A DNA stretch of 35,355 bases, taken from assembly GCA_043778225.1 (NCBI GenBank), contig JAYWGM010000027.1, forward strand, positions 1-35,355. Direction: 5' to 3'. This DNA is from Deinococcales bacterium (lineage in GTDB: Bacteria > Deinococcota > Deinococci > Deinococcales > JAAFIG01). Numbering within the stretch: the stretch's first letter is position 1; each line of letters starts with the position of its first letter. Below the pieces are notes generated by a model. The model did no database searches, was not told the origin of the DNA, and saw nothing but the letters and a program-made list of their open reading frames with translations. The position numbers and the translations under genes are program-made. Positions 26,366-33,972 of the stretch are shown here, piece after piece.

Positions 26366-27955
26366 CTAATTGATTTCGCCCAGTGCATCCTCGAGTTCGG
26401 TGCGTGGCACGCTGCCATCCTTAACATACAAGCCGCGCCAAGCATCTTCGGTGGTGTAAAAGCCATCGGGCAGAGTCAGGTTTAAGTTGGGCTTGATAAA
26501 CTGGCGGATTCTGCCTGTGCCGTCTGAATCAAAAAAGGTGCTGCCGTATAAATCACTGTAGAAGACACCATCAGCAGGTGAGCCATTGACCGTATCCAAA
26601 GACTTTTTGTACGCCAGTTTTAAGCCATTCATAGAAATCGTGCGTTCGTCGCCGTGGTCGTTTTTGTTACGAACCAAAGCAGTACACTCGAGCGTGGCAC
26701 AAGCCGTGCTAGGGTTGCGAATGTCCATTGCCAGACCCGCGTTCCAATCGGGAAAACTAAAGCCCAATTCTTTTTGAATGCCGCCATCCCAACCTTCATA
26801 ACCGTTATTGCCAAATGGGTCGGCTGCCACACGAATGCGTTTGGCAGATTTGGATTTAGCAGCTTCGGTGCTATTAAAAATCGTTTGCTGGTTGGCACAC
26901 GTGCCACCTTGGAGGGTCGTTTTTTGAATCACAAAATTTTTGCCAGCCATCTGGTTGTTGGTGATGCTCGCCCCAAAATCACCCTTAAAGCCCAACTCGA
27001 CCAACAATTCGCCACTCGAGAATTGGGCGGTATCCTTTAAGCCGACCGCCGCAAAGACCGTGGTATGAAATTGAGTGCAAACCCGATGCTCAAAGCCAGT
27101 CTCGGCATGAACACTGATGTACCAACCAATGCCAGCCGTTTCATCTCGAATCACAAAGTTCTTAAAGCCCTCGTGGATTTCGGCTTGGTCGTTGAAGAGT
27201 TTTGCCACATACTCGAGGGCTGCGCCTTTATAACCAATTAGGGCTGGGTCTGAACCGTGTTCGTGGCGAAAGTAACACGAGTAAACGGGGTCTATTTGTG
27301 GATGCCAAGAATCATATTTTTTGCCGTCGCGCCCAGTCACTTCATACAAATGATGCAGCCAATCTGGGCAGGTTTGGTTTGGTTGTGGCAAGGCTGCGCC
27401 AACAGGAGCTTCTGGTGGCAGCACAGGCGCACTCGAGGCTTGCCCACTGCTTTCGGCAAAAAGTAGTTCGTAGGCTTTATTGCCCTTGCCCGGGCTAGGA
27501 AATTTTAATTCGCCAGCCGCAAACGATTTTTTATAAGACTTAAAGCCACCCGGAATATCGGTGCTGGCAGTCCAATCGGATAACCAGTCGGCACTTTTAT
27601 TCCAGACGACCGCCACGGTCGCGGCGCGGTTGAGTTTAAGCACCAGCCATTCATTGCGGCTCGAGTCTGAAGTCGGTACGGTCAAAGAATCCCAGCCAGT
27701 GTAGTTGGGGTAAGCACTGTAGCGCGGTTGATACTTTAAGCCACGGTAACTTGGCTCGAGCCGAATTTCTTTTTCGCGCTTACTTTCGTTGGTGGTGTAA
27801 AAACGCTGTACCAAGGTTGGCGCAAGGTTGGTCGGATGGGTCACACCATCACTGGCAATTCTTACAGGGCGTTCTGGCAGTGTGGTCAACTGACCACACG
27901 CCCCAAGGGCAGCAATACTGATAAAAACCAATGGAAGAACTCGAGTCAGCTTCAT
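26366..27955 (-). CDS. Hypothetical lipoprotein, His/Cys-rich central domain
   Basis: Lipobox LGAC; motifs CPDWLHH, SWHPQIDP..CYFRHEHGSDP, EIHEGFK, CTQFHT. Confidence 0.75.
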   Translation of the reverse strand: MKLTRVLPLVFISIAALGACGQLTTLPERPVRIASDGVTHPTNLAPTLVQRFYTTNESKREKEIRLEPSYRGLKYQPRYSAYPNYTGWDSLTVPTSDSSRNEWLVLKLNRAATVAVVWNKSADWLSDWTASTDIPGGFKSYKKSFAAGELKFPSPGKGNKAYELLFAESSGQASSAPVLPPEAPVGAALPQPNQTCPDWLHHLYEVTGRDGKKYDSWHPQIDPVYSCYFRHEHGSDPALIGYKGAALEYVAKLFNDQAEIHEGFKNFVIRDETAGIGWYISVHAETGFEHRVCTQFHTTVFAAVGLKDTAQFSSGELLVELGFKGDFGASITNNQMAGKNFVIQKTTLQGGTCANQQTIFNSTEAAKSKSAKRIRVAADPFGNNGYEGWDGGIQKELGFSFPDWNAGLAMDIRNPSTACATLECTALVRNKNDHGDERTISMNGLKLAYKKSLDTVNGSPADGVFYSDLYGSTFFDSDGTGRIRQFIKPNLNLTLPDGFYTTEDAWRGLYVKDGSVPRTELEDALGEIN

Positions 27956-28013
27956 ATTTTTTATTATGCAACACAGACTGGCTCGAGTCCACCAAATACT
28001 TCACATTATAGAA

Positions 28014-29258
28014 TCAGCCACCGCCAAGTTGCGATAAAAATTCTTTATTGCTGTCGGTGCGGTTTAAGCGCTCGAGCAGCATCTCCATGGCTTCGGCAGG
28101 ATCCATGTCCGAAATGACTTTTCGCAGCAACCACATTTTATGCAGCACCTCGGTGGACAGCAACAATTCTTCGCGGCGTGTACCGGATTTAAGAATATCA
28201 ATGGCCGGGAAAATCCGCCGTTCCTCGAGCCGACGGCTGAGATGCAACTCCATATTGCCCGTGCCTTTGAACTCCTCAAAAATCACATCATCCATTCTCG
28301 AGCCAGTTTCGACCAGGGCGGTTGCCAGAATCGTCAGGCTGCCACCGTTGCGGATTTTACGAGCAGCCCCCAGAAAGCGCTTTGGGAAGTACAAGGCGTT
28401 GCTGTCTAAGCCACCCGACAAGGTGCGCCCTGTGGCTGGTGTGACCAAATTGTTGGCTCGAGCCAAGCGCGTAATGCTGTCGAGCAAAATCACCACATGA
28501 CCGCCTTCCTCGACAATGCGGCGGGCGCGTTCATGGACAAACTCGGCAACCCGCACATGATTCTCTGGTGGCTCATCGAAGGTACTTGCCACGACCTCGG
28601 CGGTGGTACTCTCGCGGAAATCGGTCACTTCCTCTGGGCGTTCATCCACCAGCAGCACAATGACCTTAATTTCTGGGTGATTCGCCGTGATGCTATTGGC
28701 AATACGTTTTAAGAGGGTGGTCTTGCCAGCTTTAGGCGGTGCGACAATCAGCCCACGCTGCCCCCGACCAATGGGCGCAAGCAAATCCACAACCCTTGAA
28801 GCCACGGTTGCCGCATCGGTCTCGAGAATGATTTGGCTATCTGGGTGTTCTGGAATCAGGTCATCGAACTTTGGGCGCAGGGCGGCGGCGGCGGGGTCTT
28901 GGGAATTGACGGCTTCGACCCGAATCATGCTATTAAAACGCTCGATTTCTTTACTTGGACGCGCCACACCGACCACATAATCGCCAGTCCGAAGCTGAAA
29001 TTGTTTAATCAGCCCAGCCGAGACAATCACATTTCTGGATTCAGGGGTGAGCAGGCTATCTTGCAAGAAACCATAACCATCCTCGGAAATTTCAAGGAAA
29101 CCCTGCGCCAGACTAAAACCATCTTCGAGCGCGTGTTTCTCGAGAATCGCCAGCACCAATGCTTCTTTTTCAAAATCCTTAGCGTTTTCCACCCCAGCTT
29201 TGGTGGCAAGAAGATGAAGTTCGGGAAGGATTTTTTGTTGTAACTCGAGATAATTCAT
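28014..29258 (-). CDS. rho: Transcription termination factor Rho
   Basis: GFLEISEDGYGFL, PIGRGQRGLIVAPPKAGKT, DERPEEVTD, IFEEFKGTGNMELHL; likely start ATG 29258. Confidence 0.98.
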   Translation of the reverse strand: MNYLELQQKILPELHLLATKAGVENAKDFEKEALVLAILEKHALEDGFSLAQGFLEISEDGYGFLQDSLLTPESRNVIVSAGLIKQFQLRTGDYVVGVARPSKEIERFNSMIRVEAVNSQDPAAAALRPKFDDLIPEHPDSQIILETDAATVASRVVDLLAPIGRGQRGLIVAPPKAGKTTLLKRIANSITANHPEIKVIVLLVDERPEEVTDFRESTTAEVVASTFDEPPENHVRVAEFVHERARRIVEEGGHVVILLDSITRLARANNLVTPATGRTLSGGLDSNALYFPKRFLGAARKIRNGGSLTILATALVETGSRMDDVIFEEFKGTGNMELHLSRRLEERRIFPAIDILKSGTRREELLLSTEVLHKMWLLRKVISDMDPAEAMEMLLERLNRTDSNKEFLSQLGGG

Positions 29259-29327
29259 TGAGGACTCCGAGGATAGCATGGTTTTTGAACTACTTCGCAA
29301 TTCGATATATATGAATAGGCGGTAATC

Positions 29328-30323
29328 TTAAGTCGAATTTCGTGTATAGCGACATTGAGGATACATTGTACATCCAATAAAACTCCCATATGAACCTTTC
29401 ACTCGTCTGAGTTCAGCACCACAAGTTGGGCATTTTCCTAAAGTATTGTTTTTTAGTGATTTGATAGACACAGGCTCAGCAATATGAAATCCTGCTGGAA
29501 TAATTGTGTCTTCATTTAAATATGTTCTAATCATTCCTACCAACTCATCTAATTCTATAATTTTTAAGGGAAATCCATGAATCCATTCTTTTGCCTGACG
29601 CGAAACTTTACCAGTAGTAACAAGTAAGCCCTGACTAGCCCGCTTTTTTGTTACATTTCCCAATAAATCTCTAATTGCAGGCTCTCCAACAGTTCCTTTA
29701 TATCTTTTACATTGCAAAAGTATTAGACTTCCATTTTTTCTAAGGTAAGCATCAATACCACCGTCATTACTATACTTGGTTATTTCGACACTATACCCCT
29801 GCGCTCTATATAAATTACCTATAAGTTCTTCAAATTCTCGAGGGTCTATGGTTTTTAGAAACTCTGGTAATCGAATGCGCTTTACATAGCTAGTCCAGGC
29901 TTTTTGACGTTCCAATAATTTTTTTGCCGCTAGTTCTTTGGCTTTACTTTCCCTTAAATATCTTTCGTTTTCACTCTTCATTCTTTCTTGTTCGCGTTGA
30001 ATCCTTTGCATTTCATTTTTTTCATAAATTTCCGTTTGACACTTTTGACATTTATCTGGAGATAGTTTTGCATAAAAAACCCCATGTTTGCACGGTTCTC
30101 GATTTATTTTTTCTAAATTTCTATTTGCGAAATAAGTATCAATAGGATCACTTATTTTTTCAAGTAAGAAAGCAATTATTTTATAGAAAATCCAGCAAAA
30201 TAATGAGACTAAACATAAAATTAGTACACTAATTTGCATTTTAGTTGAAATAAAAGCAAGTAAACCAAAAAATAAGGAAATTGAAAAGAAAGCTAAAAAA
30301 ATTAGAGAAATCATGAAAAACAT
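29328..30323 (-). CDS. Membrane-anchored Mrr-like (type IV) restriction endonuclease with C-terminal topoisomerase-type Zn ribbon
   Basis: DPREFEELIG, SNDGGIDAYL, LLQCKRY; CPTCG...FIGCTMYPQCRY; N-terminal TM helices; very AT-rich. Confidence 0.85.
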   Translation of the reverse strand: MFFMISLIFLAFFSISLFFGLLAFISTKMQISVLILCLVSLFCWIFYKIIAFLLEKISDPIDTYFANRNLEKINREPCKHGVFYAKLSPDKCQKCQTEIYEKNEMQRIQREQERMKSENERYLRESKAKELAAKKLLERQKAWTSYVKRIRLPEFLKTIDPREFEELIGNLYRAQGYSVEITKYSNDGGIDAYLRKNGSLILLQCKRYKGTVGEPAIRDLLGNVTKKRASQGLLVTTGKVSRQAKEWIHGFPLKIIELDELVGMIRTYLNEDTIIPAGFHIAEPVSIKSLKNNTLGKCPTCGAELRRVKGSYGSFIGCTMYPQCRYTRNST

Positions 30324-30387
30324 TGTAAAAATCCTATTTATTTATGGGTATAGAGAGTTAGAGCGGGCTTTGCTCACAATTTTTCCT

Positions 30388-30434
30388 CTCGAAACCATCG
30401 TACCAAAATTCTCACCCTCTCGAGGCTCACGGCT
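30388..30434. repeat. 47-bp direct repeat, copy 1 (contains minus-strand extended -10 TGGTACGAT)
   Basis: CTCGAAACCATCGTACCAAAATTCTCACCCTCTCGAGGCTCACGGCT; 43/47 identical to 31255-31301. Confidence 0.85.
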
Positions 30435-30445
30435 GGCATTGTCAT

Positions 30446-30778
30446 TCAAGCTGCCCGAGCCACCAGCAATTGGCTTTGAGGCATTGGTAAACCAAACATC
30501 AGTGCGGTTTCTGGAATTCCCGCCCGAATCAGTGCATCGGTTAAACCAAAATCTGTATTGTCTATCTCGAGCCAAATCTGGTCGTTTCTTATCGTGACAT
30601 ACGCCAGACAATCATGAAAAGGCTTTCCGTCTAACCAACCCAAAACCATGACTTGAAACCGATTGTTTTGCGTGTCGAATAAAGTCTCGAGTCGTAAATC
30701 CCCCAATGGTTGGGCTTTAGCTAGTTCGCTTAGGACACCAATGATCATTTCTTGAGTTTGATTTAGAACTGCTCCCAT
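30446..30778 (-). CDS. xisI: XisI-family protein
   Basis: LFDTQNNRFQVMVLGW...IRNDQIWLEIDNTDFGLTDALIRAGIP; overlaps the xisH 3' end. Confidence 0.85.
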   Translation of the reverse strand: MGAVLNQTQEMIIGVLSELAKAQPLGDLRLETLFDTQNNRFQVMVLGWLDGKPFHDCLAYVTIRNDQIWLEIDNTDFGLTDALIRAGIPETALMFGLPMPQSQLLVARAA

Positions 30779-31219
30779 GCGGTAATCACCTCTTTTTCGG
30801 GGTCGTAAACAAGAATCGCTACCTTTGCTTCTTGGAGTGCCATTTGAATAAATTCTATCTGAAAAAACCCTTGGTGAATACGTTGCGGTACTGCCAAAAA
30901 CAATTGTCTGCTCGGGTCACGGATTTTTAGGGCAAGACGATAGTTGAAGTATTGCCCTAAAGCCGAATGAAATTCGTTTGTGGTTGAAACCCGTTCAAAG
31001 GTTTTAATTGTCTTGCTCATAAAACAGCACCTCTCGGGCTATTCGCGCTTCAACAGCAATATGTTGATTGTCTCTCTCAAGCGCCAGTATTCTATCGGCA
31101 GCAAGGTCGAGCATTAAACTAATTTTAGGAAAAACCAGCAGCAATGGGTCGTGGGTAATAACCCATCCTTCTTTCTCGAGGGCAACACGAACAGCGTAAT
31201 GATATTTATCTCGAGCCAC
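30763..31219 (-). pseudogene. xisH: XisH-family PD-(D/E)xK protein split by a 40-bp insertion (31009-31048)
   Basis: N-half ARDKYHYAVRVALEKEGWVITHDPL...IAVE; C-half IKTF..S...EFHSALGQYFNYRLAL. Removing the 40 bp restores AVE-IKTF in frame. Confidence 0.85.
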
Positions 31220-31254
31220 AAATTTCCTTCAAAACCAAGCCTGTTTATCTTCTG

Positions 31255-31301
31255 CTCGAGACTATCCTACCAAAATTCTCACCCTCTCTAGGCTCACGGC
31301 T
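31255..31301. repeat. 47-bp direct repeat, copy 2 (contains minus-strand extended -10 TGGTAGGAT)
   Basis: CTCGAGACTATCCTACCAAAATTCTCACCCTCTCTAGGCTCACGGCT. Confidence 0.85.
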
Positions 31302-31494
31302 TTGGCTCAAGCCTCATCTGGCATTGCATCGGTAATTTGCACATCGGTTAATTCTATTTGCTCGGTGGTACTGGCTAATTGCGAAGCGAAAACCATTAAA
31401 CTAATTTGGGCATCCTCGAGTTCATTCGGTGTTTTTGCAGTCTCGAGAGCCGCATGGTTCATTGTATCAAAATAAAGAAGTTTGTGAATTCAGT

Positions 31495-31755
31495 CTAACA
31501 ATATGCAGTTTTTCGATGCAGCACCGCCACAATTTCGACCACTCGAGTTTTGAAATCCACTTCGTACAAAATTCTGTATTCCCCAACTCGAATTCGGTAC
31601 TCAGAGCGGTCTTGAAGTTTCTTTGTTCCAGTTGGTAATGGATCAAGTTGCAGTGTTGTGATGACCTCGAGAATTCGTGTCAGAAGGTCATCAGGTAAAT
31701 CCCGCATTTCCTTACGAACACGGTTGGGAATTTCAACCTGAAATCCTTCCCTCAC
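31495..31755 (-). CDS. relE: RelE/ParE-family toxin
   Basis: LQLDPLPTGTKKLQ..SEYRIRVGEYRILYEV...VLHRK.AY. Confidence 0.9.
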   Translation of the reverse strand: MREGFQVEIPNRVRKEMRDLPDDLLTRILEVITTLQLDPLPTGTKKLQDRSEYRIRVGEYRILYEVDFKTRVVEIVAVLHRKTAYC

Positions 31756-31945
31756 GTTTCAACTCCTCTTTGAAAGCATCAAGTGAAATGGAGTTTTTTG
31801 GTTCTTGACGGCGCTGGGCAAAAATTTTGGTGTCCTCAATGTCCTCTAATTGCTCGAGAAATGCTTCGTAATCTGCAATTGGCAAGATTGCAAAGGCTTT
31901 ATTTCCTTGTTCATCAAAAATAAATTGTGGTTGGTTTGAATTCAT
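31733..31945 (-). CDS. Cognate antitoxin (RelB-like)
   Basis: Acidic 70 aa; QFIFDEQGNKAFAILPIADYE..LEDIED; overlaps the toxin start; SD GAGGAG. Confidence 0.8.
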   Translation of the reverse strand: MNSNQPQFIFDEQGNKAFAILPIADYEAFLEQLEDIEDTKIFAQRRQEPKNSISLDAFKEELKREGRISG

Positions 31946-31976
31946 GTTGTCTCCTCTTCATTAAAATAAACTCGAG

Positions 31977-33071
31977 CTAATGTTTTGGCTCGAGCTTTGG
32001 TGTATTGCGCTTGACCTCGAGCATCCGCTGTTGTGCCACCAAAGCCAGCAATGCAATAGTCACAATGGCGGTTAAAACAATCACCACGATATTAACACGC
32101 TGCAAAAGCATCGAAATAATACTTAAAGCCAGTGTTGCCGCCCAAAGCGTCACAACACTGCGGCGTTGGTCAAAGCCACTTTTTAAGAGCATATGGTGCA
32201 GATGGTCTTTGCCGGGCGTATCGGGGCGCACACCACGCATGATGCGGCGAATCGTGACTTGGGTGGTGTCCAAAATCGGTACGAGCAAAATAATCACGGG
32301 GGCAAGAATACTGGCAGCCGCCCCAACTTTAAGTGTGCCGAGCAAAGACACCGCCGCCAGTGTAAAACCAATAAAAGTTGCGCCAGCATCGCCCAAAATA
32401 ATACGGCTGGGATTAAAATTATGGCGCAAGAAACCTAAGCAAGCCCCCGCCAAGGCTGCCAACAAAAGCGTAGCTGCACCTCGAGTCGAAAATTGTGCCG
32501 ATAGTGCCAGTAAACTCATGGCAGTGATAAACCCCAATCCACCAACATTGCCATCGATGCCATCCAAAAGATTGACCGCATTGGTGATTCCAACCACCCA
32601 AAAAAGCGTTAGCAATACATCTGCCCACATCGGTAGCCAGACAATATCAATTCGGATACCGTTGACAATCAGTAAGCCAGCACAAAGTATTTGTACCGCA
32701 ATCCGAAACAGACTTGGCAACTCAAATTGGTCATCTATAAAACCAACCAGCACCATAATTGCCCCACCCAAAGCAATAGACAAAAGCTGAATGTTGACCG
32801 AAGCCAACAGCAAAGGCTTTAAGGCAATGGCTAAGACCATCGCCGCAATCACACCAGCAAAAATCGTTAAGCCACCGACATTGGGTAATAATTCCTTATT
32901 TAAGCGCCGTTCGTTGGGTTTGTCGCCAAGCCCACGCTCAACTGCAAAATCGCGGACTCGAGGTATAAACAACCAAGTCACGGCAGTTGCCACCAGAAAA
33001 ATCAAGATGACCGGTAAAACCCCGACCTCAAGACCACCCATGATGCCAATTGAACTTAAAAATTCGCTCAC
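31977..33071 (-). CDS. MraY/WecA/TagO-family polyprenyl-phosphate GlcNAc-1-phosphate transferase
   Basis: PNVGGL, GFIDD, NAVNLLDGIDG, NFNPSRIILGDAG, DHLHHML; multiple TM segments. Confidence 0.93.
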   Translation of the reverse strand: MSEFLSSIGIMGGLEVGVLPVILIFLVATAVTWLFIPRVRDFAVERGLGDKPNERRLNKELLPNVGGLTIFAGVIAAMVLAIALKPLLLASVNIQLLSIALGGAIMVLVGFIDDQFELPSLFRIAVQILCAGLLIVNGIRIDIVWLPMWADVLLTLFWVVGITNAVNLLDGIDGNVGGLGFITAMSLLALSAQFSTRGAATLLLAALAGACLGFLRHNFNPSRIILGDAGATFIGFTLAAVSLLGTLKVGAAASILAPVIILLVPILDTTQVTIRRIMRGVRPDTPGKDHLHHMLLKSGFDQRRSVVTLWAATLALSIISMLLQRVNIVVIVLTAIVTIALLALVAQQRMLEVKRNTPKLEPKH

Positions 33072-33096
33072 AATGCCCTATGTTGACTCGAGAAGA

Positions 33097-33160
33097 TGAA
33101 GTCTGTTCTCATGACGCTCCTGAAGTCTGTTCTCATGACGCTCCTGAAGTCTGTTCTCAT
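33097..33160. repeat. 24-bp tandem repeat (2 full copies + 16 nt)
   Basis: TGAAGTCTGTTCTCATGACGCTCC at 33097 and 33121, partial copy at 33145. Confidence 0.95.
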
Positions 33161-33172
33161 TATTTTTCGCGC

Positions 33173-33799
33173 TCATTTTGTGCCATAAATTCGGTCGCCT
33201 GCATCGCCCAAACCCGGCACGATATAAGCGTGGTCGTTGAGGTGCGAATCGAGCGCCGCGACAATAATTTCTACGTCTGGATGAGCTTTTTGCACCCTTG
33301 CCACACCTTCTGGGGCAGCAATGATGTTGAGGAGTTTAATCTGGGTTGCGCCAAATTTCTTGACTTCGGCGATGGCATCTACGGCACTGCCACCAGTTGC
33401 CAGCATCGGGTCAAGCACAAACACACGGCGTTCTTGGATGTCTGGCGGTAACTTGGCATAATACCGAACTGGCTCTTTACTTTCGGGGTCGCGGTATGTG
33501 CCGATATGCCCGACTTTGGCGGCTGGCACAAGTTTAAGAATCCCATCTACCATGATTAAACCCGCCCGTAAAATGGCTACCAACGCCAGTTTTTTGCCCG
33601 AAAGCATTTTAACGGTGGCGGCTTCGACTGGGGTTTGAATCTGGACATCCTCGAGTTCAAGGTCACGCATCGCCTCAAATGCCATCAGCATTGTGACTTC
33701 GGTAATCAGTTCGCGGAAATCCTTACTGCCCGTGCGTTCGTCGCGTACAAGCGCCAGTTTATGTTGAACCAGTGGATGATTGATGACGGTTAAAGACAT
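33173..33799 (-). CDS. upp: Uracil phosphoribosyltransferase
   Basis: [44 protein letters not shown] at 33799. Confidence 0.97.
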   Translation of the reverse strand: MSLTVINHPLVQHKLALVRDERTGSKDFRELITEVTMLMAFEAMRDLELEDVQIQTPVEAATVKMLSGKKLALVAILRAGLIMVDGILKLVPAAKVGHIGTYRDPESKEPVRYYAKLPPDIQERRVFVLDPMLATGGSAVDAIAEVKKFGATQIKLLNIIAAPEGVARVQKAHPDVEIIVAALDSHLNDHAYIVPGLGDAGDRIYGTK

Positions 33800-33972
33800 A
33801 CTCGGAAGCGTATCACAGAGCTTTAAGTGAATGCTATTTTCTCGAGCCACAAAATCAATGATTTGAGCTTGCAAACGGCAACTCAATTTGGCTTAAATTG
33901 AAATTATTGACTGTTTTGGAGGCATTTTTTAAGACTTTTGCAAGATGTATCATACCAAATCAAAGTCATCTC

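Noticed and set aside
30446..31219. fdxN-type excision element implied by xisH/xisI
   Set aside because: No XisF-like serine recombinase or interrupted target gene is present; XisH/XisI pairs commonly occur as standalone modules.
32005..32790. Long antisense ORFs (also 22173-22910, 28048-28500, 10574-11182 and similar)
   Set aside because: They are shadows or alternate frames of well-supported genes, with no motifs or start signals.
33097..33160. Possible CRISPR array
   Set aside because: The repeats are directly adjacent with no spacers and there are no cas genes; it is a tandem repeat.
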